Below, in pieces: positions 16,979 to 27,127 of a stretch of 42,143 bases of DNA. Position numbers and translations under genes: made by a program. This DNA is from a virus (lineage: Duplodnaviria; Caudoviricetes). The first letter of the stretch is position 1, and every line of letters starts with the position of its first letter. Location of the stretch: positions 1 through 42,143 of IMG/VR virus record IMGVR_UViG_3300038974_000891; one strand, 5' to 3'. The notes beneath the pieces were generated by a model. The model was not told the origin of the DNA and did no database searches. It saw nothing but the letters and a program-made list of their open reading frames with translations.

Positions 16979-18370
16979 ATGAGTAACACTGAAATAAAAC
17001 TGAACATGGCTGAAAAGTTAAATTCAATGAAGCTAGAACTTATGGATTTATCGGACTTAATTCCAGATCCTTTAAACACCAAAAATCACTCGGAAAGACA
17101 AATTGAGCTTATTGCACAAGCTATGCAAAAACGATGGACTAATCCCATCTTGATTGACGATAATAAAATGATAGTTGCCGGACATGGTCGCAGATTGGCA
17201 GCATTACATCTTGGGTTAAGAAAAGTTCCCGTGATAGTCTTACATAATCTTACGGAAGCAGAAAGAATTCAATATCAGATTTTTGACAATAAATCCGCAG
17301 AAATGGCTGAATGGAACTTTGAAAACCTACAAGCACAAATGGATCGACTTATGGAGCTTGGTGCCGATTTAGAAGCGACAGGTTGGACCGATGACGAATT
17401 GAATGAGCAGCTGGCAGATCTGGAAAGTGAACCAAAAGAAGTAAACATTGAAAAATTGGATAATGCCCCTCCTCTGCCAGATATCGTAAAATCACGCCCA
17501 GGAGATATCTGGCTTTGCGGAAAGCATAGAGTTATGTGCGGCGACAGCACAAATCCTGAAGATGTAGACCGGCTAATGAATGGTTGTTTTGCTGATATGA
17601 TTTTTACAGACCCACCTTATGGTGTAAGCTATAAAGGCTCAAACAACCCAAACGGACGTGAATGGCAAATAATTAAAAATGACAATTTGCGTGGAGACAG
17701 TCTATTTCTGTTTTTGCTTGAAGCTTTTAAAAACATAAAACGTTATTTAAGAAAAAAACGGTCTTTTTACATTTGGTTTGCAAGTAACAATCATACTTAT
17801 TTTGAAACAGCCATAAATGGAGCGGGATTAAAATCAAAGCAAATCATTATATGGGATAAAGGTATGGTATTAGGACATTCTGATTATCACCATGCTTATG
17901 AGCCTTGTTTTTATGGATGTCACAATGAAGAAAATTGTAAATGGTTCGGAGACAGAACACAAAAAACTTTCTGGGAAAATAACGAAAATGACTTTAAAAA
18001 CTGGAGCCAAGAAGATTTAACCAAGCTAATAAAAGCCTTAAAATCAGGACGTGAAATATGGTCAATTAAAAGGGATAATACCAGTACATATGTTCACCCA
18101 ACTCAAAAACCAATCGGACTCGCTCAAAAGGCTATGTTGAACAGTTCGCTTAGAAATGAAATCGTTCTTGATTTATTCGGTGGTTCCGGTTCAACAATGA
18201 TTGCAGGCGAAAATATAGATCGTAAAACCCGTTTAATGGAAATTGATCCGCGATATGTTGATGTAGAAGTTAAACGATGGCAAGACTTATTTGGAGGGAA
18301 GGCTCGCCGAGAAAGCGACGGTAAATATTTTGATAATGTAAAAGGACGAATGTATGACCGTCATAACTAA
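16979..18370 (+). CDS. ParB-like domain + N6/N4 DNA methyltransferase
   Basis: NPILID..IVAGHGR (ParB); HRVMCGDST, TDPPY, HPTQKP, LDLFGGSGST. Confidence 0.92.
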   Translation: MSNTEIKLNMAEKLNSMKLELMDLSDLIPDPLNTKNHSERQIELIAQAMQKRWTNPILIDDNKMIVAGHGRRLAALHLGLRKVPVIVLHNLTEAERIQYQIFDNKSAEMAEWNFENLQAQMDRLMELGADLEATGWTDDELNEQLADLESEPKEVNIEKLDNAPPLPDIVKSRPGDIWLCGKHRVMCGDSTNPEDVDRLMNGCFADMIFTDPPYGVSYKGSNNPNGREWQIIKNDNLRGDSLFLFLLEAFKNIKRYLRKKRSFYIWFASNNHTYFETAINGAGLKSKQIIIWDKGMVLGHSDYHHAYEPCFYGCHNEENCKWFGDRTQKTFWENNENDFKNWSQEDLTKLIKALKSGREIWSIKRDNTSTYVHPTQKPIGLAQKAMLNSSLRNEIVLDLFGGSGSTMIAGENIDRKTRLMEIDPRYVDVEVKRWQDLFGGKARRESDGKYFDNVKGRMYDRHN

Positions 18371-18920
18371 AAGCGATTTTGCAAGACATATAAATCGTTC
18401 GCATCAATATGTATCATCACTGATTAAACAAGGTCGTATTGTCCTATCCAAAGATAACGGTCGTGAAATGGTAGAACTTGAGGCTTCTTTGGCAAAAATA
18501 ACAGCAACAGCAGATCCTGCTAATAATCCGGCCACAACGATGCCAAGATCTGACGGAAGAACAATGCCATCTGTCGGCATGGCTTTAAGAGTAGAAAGTG
18601 ATACCGATGGAGGAAACACTCAACATACTTCAACAGCTTATCAAAAAAGCAGAGCAGTTAAAGAAAACTATGCCGCCAGGCTTCGCAAAATAGAATATGA
18701 AGAAAAAATGGGGACTGTCGTTAATAAACAAGGTGTAGAAAAAGCGGCTTTCGGTGTATCTCGTATATTACGAGAAAAATTAAAATCACTTCCACACAGA
18801 ATAGCTCCTAAAGTAACCGTTGTTACAGATCAAAAAGAAAATTTCAAAATCCTAACCGATGAGGTGGAAAATGTCATTAAAGAAATACAAACAGCAATAT
18901 CCGAAATTATCAATACCTAA
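18354..18920 (+). CDS. Terminase small subunit-like protein
   Basis: N-terminal HTH (KSDFARHINRSHQYVSSLIKQGRI); Nu1-like C-terminus (YEEKMG.VV...LPHRIAP). Confidence 0.7.
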   Translation: MTVITKSDFARHINRSHQYVSSLIKQGRIVLSKDNGREMVELEASLAKITATADPANNPATTMPRSDGRTMPSVGMALRVESDTDGGNTQHTSTAYQKSRAVKENYAARLRKIEYEEKMGTVVNKQGVEKAAFGVSRILREKLKSLPHRIAPKVTVVTDQKENFKILTDEVENVIKEIQTAISEIINT

Positions 18921-19248
18921 AGAAATAACCGTACCTGATGATTTTAACGATAAAGATTATACCGCTCCTGAGCTACCGCAATTACTTAATTTTGATAAAG
19001 GAGAATATGAAGGTAAGTTAAAAAAAATAATGTATATGGAAAAAAAGGGAATTTTAATTAACAAAACCGAACAAAGACGATTAAGTTATAATCTTGGGCG
19101 TTTGCTTAGAGATCAATTATCGGGAATGCCGGCAAGATTAGCCGCAAAAGTCTCCGCCGAAAAAGATGCTAAAAAAGTGAAAAGGCTAATAAAGAATGAG
19201 TGTGATAGGTGCACCAGAACAATACTCGGACGAATGGCTGATATTTGA
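18871..19248 (+). CDS. Second TerS-like protein (C-terminal domain only)
   Basis: RBS GAGGTGG; YMEKKGILINK...LLRDQLSGMPARLA aligns with preceding gene. Confidence 0.6.
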   Translation: MSLKKYKQQYPKLSIPKEITVPDDFNDKDYTAPELPQLLNFDKGEYEGKLKKIMYMEKKGILINKTEQRRLSYNLGRLLRDQLSGMPARLAAKVSAEKDAKKVKRLIKNECDRCTRTILGRMADI

Positions 19249-21124
19249 GGGTGTTCGCAGCTTTTGTGAAGGCTTTATCAAAGGCTTAGAAATACCTCCA
19301 CGATTGACAATTTCCGAATGGGCTGACCAAAACCGAGTACTATCTTCGGAGAGTTCAGCCGAACCGGGGCAATGGAGTACATCCAGAGCAGAGTATCAAC
19401 GTGGTATTATGGATGCAATCTCGGACATTAGCACCGAACAAATAACCATTATCGCTTCGGCTCAAGTCGGTAAGACAGAAATGTTAAATAATGCCGTCGG
19501 TTATTACGTAGATAAAGATCCTTGTCCCATCTTAATGTTACAGCCAACAGTTGAAATCGCTCGCAGTTGGATGACCGACCGCTTAATGCCGATGATGCGT
19601 GATACTCCTTGCCTGCAAGGACGCTTACTTGAAGGTAAAGATAATGGTAACACGGCACATCATCGTGCCTTCCCGGGCGGACATATAACTATGGTTGGAG
19701 CCAATTCGGCGGCAGGTTTAGCAAGTCGCCCCATTCGTATAGTGTTACTCGATGAAGTTGACCGTTATCCTTTATCTGCGGGCAAGGAAGGAGATCCTTC
19801 CAAGCTGGCTATTAAACGTACGACAACATTTTGGAACCGAAAAATTGTCCGATGTTCCACTCCTACAGTTGCCGGACTAAGTAAAATTGATACGGCTTTC
19901 AAACAATCTGATATGCGATATTACTATGTACCCTGCCCTCATTGCGGTGAATTTCAACGCCTTAAATGGTCGCAGGTAAAATGGAATAAAGATGAAACCA
20001 ACAATGGTATAGCTAAAACGGCTGTATATGTGTGCGAACATTGCGGGGCGTGTTGGAACGATGTTGAGAGATGGCATTCCATAGGACTGGGTGAGTGGCG
20101 AGCGACAAAACATTTCAATGGACATGCTGGTTTCGCTTTATGGGAAGGATACTCTCCTTGGGTTAAACTGGAAGAAATTGTGCAGACTTTTCTTGATGCT
20201 AAAGACGATCCTGAAGAATTAAAAACCTTTATCAATACTTCTCTCGGCGAAGTCTGGGAGGACAAAGGTGAACGAGTTGATGAAGATAAACTGGTATCTC
20301 GTCGAGAAACATATACTAAAGCTCCCGCTGAAGTAGTAGTTATAACTGCCGGAGTTGATGTTCAAGATAATCGCTTGGAAATAGAGCGTATAGGTTGGAC
20401 AGTTAATAACCAAAGTTACGGTTTGGGAAAAAAAATAATACTTGGCGATCCCGGGGCCGAACGTATATGGGAAGAACTTGATGAATTGTTACAAACCCCG
20501 ATAGAACATGAGTTGGTCGGAGAAATGTCTATATCTGCCTGCTGTATAGATAGTGGATATTTAACACAGATGGTTGGAAAATTCTGCCAAGAAAGATGGA
20601 ACCGCCGTGTTTGGGCGGTTAAAGGTATGGCAGGTGAAGGTCGCCCAATCATCAGAAAAGCACCAGGAAAATTGAAAAAAACAAATTTAGACTTCTTTTT
20701 GGTAGGTACAGATAGTATAAAAGATGTCATATACTCACGTCTAAAACTTGAAGATCCTCAAGCTCCCGGATATTGCCATTTTAATTTGGAATATGATGAA
20801 AATCACTTTCTGCAACTAACCGCTGAAGAAGCTAAAATATCATATATAAAGGGCAGAAAAATCCGTTATTATACTATGCGTCCGGGCAGAAAAAGAAATG
20901 AAGCCTTAGATATCTTCGGATATTCCTTAGCTGCTCTTGAAGGCTTAAAGCTGGCAGGTTTAAATATGCGAAAACGTTGGGAAAGAATGCTTGCCCGCCA
21001 AGAATACTCACAAAAAGTACGTAATGTTATGGCTGAACACCCGGATGTTTCGGCTGAAAGTATACCTAAACCTGATATTTTAAAACCTAAAAAACGCCGT
21101 CGTGTTGTTGGCAGATTTACATAA
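19196..21124 (+). CDS. Terminase large subunit, lambda GpA family
   Basis: SAQVGKTE, LLDEVDRY, STPT, VPCPHCG, AGVDVQ, RNEALD. Confidence 0.95.
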   Translation: MSVIGAPEQYSDEWLIFEGVRSFCEGFIKGLEIPPRLTISEWADQNRVLSSESSAEPGQWSTSRAEYQRGIMDAISDISTEQITIIASAQVGKTEMLNNAVGYYVDKDPCPILMLQPTVEIARSWMTDRLMPMMRDTPCLQGRLLEGKDNGNTAHHRAFPGGHITMVGANSAAGLASRPIRIVLLDEVDRYPLSAGKEGDPSKLAIKRTTTFWNRKIVRCSTPTVAGLSKIDTAFKQSDMRYYYVPCPHCGEFQRLKWSQVKWNKDETNNGIAKTAVYVCEHCGACWNDVERWHSIGLGEWRATKHFNGHAGFALWEGYSPWVKLEEIVQTFLDAKDDPEELKTFINTSLGEVWEDKGERVDEDKLVSRRETYTKAPAEVVVITAGVDVQDNRLEIERIGWTVNNQSYGLGKKIILGDPGAERIWEELDELLQTPIEHELVGEMSISACCIDSGYLTQMVGKFCQERWNRRVWAVKGMAGEGRPIIRKAPGKLKKTNLDFFLVGTDSIKDVIYSRLKLEDPQAPGYCHFNLEYDENHFLQLTAEEAKISYIKGRKIRYYTMRPGRKRNEALDIFGYSLAALEGLKLAGLNMRKRWERMLARQEYSQKVRNVMAEHPDVSAESIPKPDILKPKKRRRVVGRFT

Positions 21125-21214
21125 AATACAGCATAACGCCTTTTTATGTTTACTTTTTACAGTAAATATCTTACAAAGATGTATATTGTACAATATCATT
21201 TTAAGAGGTATCCA

Positions 21215-21736
21215 ATGGGCGTCATTTTTATAGCCGGATGCTATGGTGTTGGAAAGAGTACTATCATAGAAAAACTCTCCGATCTCACCAACATTCCTAA
21301 TTTTTCAGCTGGAAAGTTGATCTCCGAAGCTAACAAAGAAAATTATGGTCGTAATAAGTTTGTCGAAAATAAAAATAATAATCAAAGAATACTTGTTCAA
21401 AAAATAGAAGAAAAACTAAGTGTGCATTCTCGCATATTTCTAGATGGACACTTCTGTATCTTCAAACAAAATAATGTTCCTGATCCTTTACCTTTTGAAT
21501 CTTTAGAACAAATGCACTTTGAACAAATCATACTTTTAGAAGCAGATTCCGCCGTTATTTTACAAAATCTCAAAGGCAGAGACCAAAAACAATATAATGA
21601 GACAAACATAAAATCTCTTATGGAAATGGAACGTAGTCAAGCTCAGTTATTTTCGGAAAAAAATAAAATTCCTTTATCTATTTATCATATGACTTTTAGT
21701 GATAAAGACATAAACAACATTATGTTCGTTTTGTAG
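21215..21736 (+). CDS. P-loop nucleotide-kinase-like ATPase (AAA_17-like)
   Basis: Walker A GCYGVGKST; SAGKLI; FLDGHF; RBS GAGG. Confidence 0.8.
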   Translation: MGVIFIAGCYGVGKSTIIEKLSDLTNIPNFSAGKLISEANKENYGRNKFVENKNNNQRILVQKIEEKLSVHSRIFLDGHFCIFKQNNVPDPLPFESLEQMHFEQIILLEADSAVILQNLKGRDQKQYNETNIKSLMEMERSQAQLFSEKNKIPLSIYHMTFSDKDINNIMFVL

Positions 21737-21749
21737 GAGGATATAACCC

Positions 21750-23279
21750 ATGAGGGTATTGCTAGATACAAACATTATCATACATCGTGAGAATTCAAAA
21801 CCAACCAATTACAGTATCGGTCATTTATTCAAATGGCTCGATAAATTAAATTTTGAAAAAGTTATACACCCTCTTTCGGTTAAGGAGATAGAAAAATATA
21901 AGGATGAAACCATACAGGCAAACTACAAAATAAAGTTATCCGCATATACTCTTTTGACAACCAAGGAAAATATCCATGAAGAGGTGCTGGAGACTTTTAG
22001 CGATATTGACAAAACAGAAAATGATAAGGTAGATACAGCTTTATTAAATTCTGTTTTTTTAAAACACGTTGATTTATTTATCACCGAAGATAAGAAAATT
22101 CGCCAAAAAGCAGAAATGATTGGTCTTGGAGACAAAGTATATTCTATCAACAGATTTATAACTTCTGCCACGGAAAGGCATCCAGAACTAATAGAATATA
22201 AGGCATTATCCGTAACAAAGACAAAATTCGGAGACCTAAATATAGAAAATACCTTCTTTGATACTTTTAAAATAGATTACCCTGGATTTGAGGACTGGTT
22301 TGCCAAAAAATGTGATGAAGACGCGTATGTTTGTTACGATGATGGACATGATATTTTGGGATTTTTGTACTTAAAAACAGAAGAAACTAATGAACCTTAT
22401 CCTTACATTTCTCCAACTTTTTTACCTAAGCGAAGATTGAAAATAGGAACGTTCAAAGTAGAATCCACCGGTTTCCGGTTAGGAGAACGTTTTATTAAAA
22501 TCATCTTTGATAATGCCCTAAAAAGGCAAGTTGAGGAAATATATGTAACTTTATTTGAAAATCGTCAAGAATTAGCCGCTCTCCAATCATTATTTGAAAG
22601 ATGGGGCTTTGAAAGATATGGTACAAATAAATCAACAGGCAAAGAAGAAGCCGTATTTGTGAAGCGTTTAAACACTTTTAATCCACAAATCTCTCCCAAG
22701 AAAAATTTTCCTAACTTAAGCTATGACGTCAATAAGTTTATTATACCAATATATGCTCGCTGGCATACTCACCTTCTACCCGATTCTCAGCTAAATACCG
22801 AAAATAAAGTAGATTTTTTAGGTAAAGATGCCTGCAAATACGCTCTGCAAAAAGTATATATTTCTTGGGCAACCAGTGCTCAAGAAGCGGTATCAGGAGA
22901 TTTAGTTCTCTTCTATAGAATCGCTGCATCTGGAGAGAAAAAGGCATATAAATCTGTCATTTCCACACTAGGAATGATTGATGAAATAAAAAAAGATTTT
23001 GCATCAAAAAATGATTTTTTAAGATTTTGCCAAAACAGAAGTGTCTTCTCAATAGAAGATTTATCAAAGTTTTGGAACCAATACTCAAACAATCTATCTG
23101 TTATAAGATTTATTCAAGTAGCTCCTTTAGTCAGAAGACCTATATTACAAGAACTATGGGATAATTCTATTATTTCTTTTCCAGATGGTCCACGTCCATT
23201 TACTAAACTTACAAACGATCAGTATGATAAAATTTTACAATTATCAAAAACCGTGGTAGACTATGCAAAAAGAGGTTGA
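21750..23279 (+). CDS. PIN - GNAT - EVE/PUA-like multidomain protein
   Basis: PIN: VLLDTNIII...FITEDK; GNAT: KIGTFKV..GFRLGERF...FERWGF; C-terminus IIPI...QKVYIS...GDLVLFY. Confidence 0.8.
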   Translation: MRVLLDTNIIIHRENSKPTNYSIGHLFKWLDKLNFEKVIHPLSVKEIEKYKDETIQANYKIKLSAYTLLTTKENIHEEVLETFSDIDKTENDKVDTALLNSVFLKHVDLFITEDKKIRQKAEMIGLGDKVYSINRFITSATERHPELIEYKALSVTKTKFGDLNIENTFFDTFKIDYPGFEDWFAKKCDEDAYVCYDDGHDILGFLYLKTEETNEPYPYISPTFLPKRRLKIGTFKVESTGFRLGERFIKIIFDNALKRQVEEIYVTLFENRQELAALQSLFERWGFERYGTNKSTGKEEAVFVKRLNTFNPQISPKKNFPNLSYDVNKFIIPIYARWHTHLLPDSQLNTENKVDFLGKDACKYALQKVYISWATSAQEAVSGDLVLFYRIAASGEKKAYKSVISTLGMIDEIKKDFASKNDFLRFCQNRSVFSIEDLSKFWNQYSNNLSVIRFIQVAPLVRRPILQELWDNSIISFPDGPRPFTKLTNDQYDKILQLSKTVVDYAKRG

Positions 23280-23280
23280 T

Positions 23281-23652
23281 ATGTGTACAATTTTACTTTC
23301 AATTAAACCTGAATACTCCGCTAAAATCTTATCCGGAGAGAAAAAATTTGAGTTTAGACGTAGATGTGCTTCCAAAAAAGTAAGTAAGATTATTATTTAT
23401 ACTTCCTCACCCAAAATGAAAGTAGTCGGAGAAGTAGAAGTAAAATGTATTATATCACATCCACCTATAAAATTATGGGAATTAACATCTCGCTATGCAG
23501 GTATCAGCAAAGAAAAATTTATGAATTATTTTTCCAAACAAGATTATGCCTATGCATACAAACTGGGTAAAGTAACATCTTTTTCTCAAGAAAAATCTTT
23601 ATCAGACTACGGGGTCAAAACACCGCCTCAGTCTTTTATATATGTTGACTAA
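23281..23652 (+). CDS. ASCH domain protein
   Basis: LLSIKPEY..ILSGEKKFEFRR...IYTSSP...PPQSF. Confidence 0.88.
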   Translation: MCTILLSIKPEYSAKILSGEKKFEFRRRCASKKVSKIIIYTSSPKMKVVGEVEVKCIISHPPIKLWELTSRYAGISKEKFMNYFSKQDYAYAYKLGKVTSFSQEKSLSDYGVKTPPQSFIYVD

Positions 23653-23757
23653 TCAGAACTGTCAAATCCTATTAGTCTCGTTTTTATTGGCTGTTCGGAA
23701 AATCAAAGCCAAATATGCTGATAAATCATAGTTTTCAAACAAAATACCAACAAAAAC

Positions 23758-23782
23758 GTCCGAGAGGTTTAAATTCTCGGAC
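23758..23782 (+). terminator. Hairpin downstream of moron
   Basis: GTCCGAGA/TCTCGGAC stem; weak U tail. Confidence 0.4.
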
Positions 23783-23878
23783 ATTCTGCCTTTGTTCGTA
23801 ATTTTTAATAAGGAATCTTATAACGATTTTCTAATATCCAAACTATTATCCTGTAAGATAAACTGAGTGTCAACCATT

Positions 23879-23939
23879 AAAGTATATTTTATATTTTAAA
23901 AGTATTGTTTTGACTTTTTATATCTAATGCCACTATAAT
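23879..23939 (+). promoter_or_regulatory. Tandem operator copy overlapping a sigma70 promoter (TTGACT-N18-TATAAT) before gpW
   Basis: AAAGTATATTTTATATTTT (23879-97) and AAAGTATTGTTTTGACTTT (23899-917), 20-bp period. Confidence 0.6.
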
Positions 23940-23971
23940 TAAAGCAAATTTATTACCATGAAAGGAAAATT

Positions 23972-24193
23972 ATGGCAACTGCATTAACAGAATCCGAAAA
24001 AAAAGAGTTAAAAATTCGCCGCCAAAAGCTGATACATGCATATACGAGCGGAGTTTCATCTATATCCCATAACGGGAAAACGACTACTTTTCGCAGTCTT
24101 GAGGATATAAAAACAGCCATAGATGCCATTGATATGGAATTGGGCATTAAGAAGCCACGCATTATCAAAACCATAGCTCATAGAGGCTTATAA
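23972..24193 (+). CDS. gpW-like head-tail joining protein
   Basis: 73 aa; SGVSSISHNGKTTTFRSLEDI; precedes portal. Confidence 0.85.
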   Translation: MATALTESEKKELKIRRQKLIHAYTSGVSSISHNGKTTTFRSLEDIKTAIDAIDMELGIKKPRIIKTIAHRGL

Positions 24194-25656
24194 TGACAAA
24201 ATTGTTCGGTAAATTTAAGCGTATATTCACAAGCACCTCAGAACCAACCTTTGCTGCAACAACCAAAGGCAGAATGAGAAGCTGGATTGCTCCGAATACG
24301 GGTACAAATACTGCAATAGTCTATTCTTTAAGTGAATTAAGGGCAAAATCAAGAGACTTAACTCGTCATTTTACCTATATGAATGGTGCTTACGAAACAA
24401 TAGCAAGTAACATTGTCGGTCCCGGTATCAATGTTATGCCAAAACATGATGATTGCAATATATGCGACAGATTAAAAGAATTATGGGCTGACTGGCAAGA
24501 CGAATGTGATATTGAAGGAGTTAATAGCTTTTCAAGTCTATTGTCTCTTGCCGTTCGTGAAAGGTGGGAAGCGGGAGAAGTTTTTATTCGTTTTATTCCG
24601 ACCGTCGGCGGAACAATACCCTTAAAACTTATGATTATACCGGCAGAACAGTGTAAACTGGATGAAAACCATCTTAATAATGACGGTTCAGAAACTATTG
24701 CGGGTATTACTACTGATAAATGCGGCAATAGACTTTCTTACACTTTTTATAAGAATAATCCCAATGAATCCTTAATATCGCTTGATACATACAGTACGAT
24801 TGAAATTCCTGCCGAAGAAATATGCCATTATTACAAACAACTATGGGCAGGGCAAAGGCGAGGAATACCTGAAGCTTTCGCTTCTTTACTTAAATCCCGT
24901 GAAATGCTGGAATATGATGAGGCAGAATTAGCGAAAAAGAAAATCGCCGCAATGCTCGCAGCTTTTGTAACTTCTCCTAACCCAGAAGGTGTCCTTAATA
25001 ATGATGCTGACGATGAATATGCCGATGAAGGTGAAGCCGTATCAAACATTACTACCGGTACAATCACGACACTTGCACCCGGCGAAGATATAAAATTTAA
25101 TCCGCCGGTTGAAAGCGGAAGCTCTTATGAGCCTTTCATGACGCAAAATCTGAGAGCAATCGCTCAATCCTTGCAATTAACTTACGAAGAATTTGCGAAC
25201 GATATGAGTAAAACAAATTTTTCATCAAGCCGTATGGGATTAAACATCACTCAACGCAAACATAGACAAGAACAACAGCGTTTTATTCATCAGGTGGTAA
25301 AAAAAGTATGGAAAAAATTTGTAGAAACCGCCGTTATAAGCGGTGCTTTAGAGGTAGATTTAAACGAATACAACCGTAATCCTAATCATTTTTTTAAAGC
25401 CAGATATCAGGCCCCCGGATGGGCATACGTCAATCCCCAGCAAGAAGTGGCCGCACAAAAAGAGAAAGTATTATGTGGTTTTGCCTCTCGCTCTCAGATT
25501 ATTGCCGAAAACGGAAACGACGCTGCAGAAGTTGACGCTCAAATAGCCGCTGATGCCGAACGTGCCGAAAATTTGGGATTAGTCTTTGCCACTGATCCAA
25601 CTAATGGTCAAGGAGCCCCAAAAACGTTTACAGATAAAAAAATACATAAAAATTAA
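24193..25656 (+). CDS. Portal protein, lambda family
   Basis: LRAKSRDL, GEVF, GQRRGIP, LAPGEDI, NFSSSR, VNP..E. Confidence 0.93.
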   Translation: MTKLFGKFKRIFTSTSEPTFAATTKGRMRSWIAPNTGTNTAIVYSLSELRAKSRDLTRHFTYMNGAYETIASNIVGPGINVMPKHDDCNICDRLKELWADWQDECDIEGVNSFSSLLSLAVRERWEAGEVFIRFIPTVGGTIPLKLMIIPAEQCKLDENHLNNDGSETIAGITTDKCGNRLSYTFYKNNPNESLISLDTYSTIEIPAEEICHYYKQLWAGQRRGIPEAFASLLKSREMLEYDEAELAKKKIAAMLAAFVTSPNPEGVLNNDADDEYADEGEAVSNITTGTITTLAPGEDIKFNPPVESGSSYEPFMTQNLRAIAQSLQLTYEEFANDMSKTNFSSSRMGLNITQRKHRQEQQRFIHQVVKKVWKKFVETAVISGALEVDLNEYNRNPNHFFKARYQAPGWAYVNPQQEVAAQKEKVLCGFASRSQIIAENGNDAAEVDAQIAADAERAENLGLVFATDPTNGQGAPKTFTDKKIHKN

Positions 25657-25690
25657 AAAATTTTTTGAATCTGTGATTCGCCGTTTTGTA
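25655..25690 (+). promoter_or_regulatory. Late-gene motif, copy 2
   Basis: AAAAAATTTTTTGAATCTGTGATTCGCCGTTTTGTA, identical to 36518-36553. Confidence 0.65.
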
Positions 25691-25726
25691 AACTGTATAT
25701 ATAAGTGAATTAACGAAAGTAACCTA

Positions 25727-26728
25727 ATGAAAAAAGAAACAAAAAAAATAGAACGTATGCAACGAAAATTAGATATTATACCTGAAAGTATCGATTTGGA
25801 TAATCGCACTATTGAAGTTGTATGGACAACAGGTATTCGCTGTCCTCAGTTTGGTTCGGATATAGGATATTTTACCGAAGAATTGGAAGTAAGCAAAACA
25901 GCGATCAATATGGAAAGGCTCGCTTCCGGATATGCTCCTTTACTCAATATGCACGAGGGATGGTCATTAAATTCTATTTTGGGGGTCGTAGCAAACGCTT
26001 GGATAGATGAAGCAAAAAAAGAAGGGCGTGCCGTTGTTCGCTTTGCTAAAGATGATCCGGATATTGACAGGATTTGGAATCTTGTAGCTCAAAGAATTAT
26101 ATGTAATATATCCGTAGGCTATGAAGTTCAAGAATACTACAAATATGAAGAAAACGGCAAAATTATTTATAGAGCCGTCAAATGGACACCGCTGGAATTG
26201 AGTGTCGTGACAATTCCTGCCGATTATGCCGCAAATGTAAGAGCTGTTGAAAAACAGACCTTAAGCGACTGTGTCATTACCTATAATCACGATAATACCT
26301 ATAAGGAGAATTTTATGGAGAGAACCAAACGTGAAGACGATATTTCAGATATTTCTGAAAAGGATGAAAATGAAGAAACTGAAAAAACGAACCGTAATGA
26401 AAATGATGATACAGAAGATGTTGATGAAAATAATGACGGCGAAAATGAAAATGATGAAGAAAACCGCAAATCCAAACGGTTTGCTGAAAAAATATCTATA
26501 TCCCGCAGTAGCTTCATCATTGATTTATGCACCGCCGCTGATTTATCGGCAAGAGAAGCCAGAGCATTTATAAATTCCGATATGAGTATATCTGAAATTC
26601 GCCAAAAGATATTAGCGGATAGACAAGAAAAATACAAAGCCATAAATAATGCCCGTGCCATAGATACAAGAACCAGCACCCGTTCTCTGGCAGATTTTGT
26701 AAAAGAGAAATATAAAAAGGGAGAATAA
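25727..26728 (+). CDS. Prohead protease with acidic scaffold-like C-terminus
   Basis: PLLNMH, NISVGY, WTPLELSVVTIPAD; D/E/N-rich tail. Confidence 0.88.
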   Translation: MKKETKKIERMQRKLDIIPESIDLDNRTIEVVWTTGIRCPQFGSDIGYFTEELEVSKTAINMERLASGYAPLLNMHEGWSLNSILGVVANAWIDEAKKEGRAVVRFAKDDPDIDRIWNLVAQRIICNISVGYEVQEYYKYEENGKIIYRAVKWTPLELSVVTIPADYAANVRAVEKQTLSDCVITYNHDNTYKENFMERTKREDDISDISEKDENEETEKTNRNENDDTEDVDENNDGENENDEENRKSKRFAEKISISRSSFIIDLCTAADLSAREARAFINSDMSISEIRQKILADRQEKYKAINNARAIDTRTSTRSLADFVKEKYKKGE

Positions 26729-26729
26729 T

Positions 26730-27125
26730 ATGAACAGATTAACAGAAGGAACCAAAATTCACGATATCGTGCATTTTGAAGAACCGAACTACTCACGTGA
26801 TGATATCGTGATTGCCAGTGGCGAAGGAGAATTAGCTGTTGGCACCATCTTAGAAAAAACTAATACCGGTAAATACGCCGCCGTTGATATAACCGTTGAA
26901 AACGAAGGACAAGAGAATGAAGTTACCATAGTAGGTACGCCTGCAGCCATTCTTTTAACCGCTGTAGATGCGACCTCTGCTGATGTAAAAGCAATCGGTT
27001 TAACCCGTTTTGCCACAGTAATAAAGTCTGCCTTAGTTTTCAAGAATACGTTAACAGATGAACAAAAAGAAGTCGTATATGACGGTTTGATATCTCTTGG
27101 CATTGTAATCAGAGAAGGAGTTTAA
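26730..27125 (+). CDS. Head decoration protein
   Basis: YSRD, GTIL, AAILL, GIVIR; position before capsid. Confidence 0.8.
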   Translation: MNRLTEGTKIHDIVHFEEPNYSRDDIVIASGEGELAVGTILEKTNTGKYAAVDITVENEGQENEVTIVGTPAAILLTAVDATSADVKAIGLTRFATVIKSALVFKNTLTDEQKEVVYDGLISLGIVIREGV

Positions 27126-27127
27126 TT

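Noticed and set aside
16979-18370. Restriction-modification system
   Set aside because: ParB-MTase fusions beside terminase genes are common orphan phage genes; no cognate endonuclease nearby
26299-26796. Long antisense ORFs here and across primase, tape measure and sheath
   Set aside because: Opposite well-supported genes; low-complexity mirror translations without RBS
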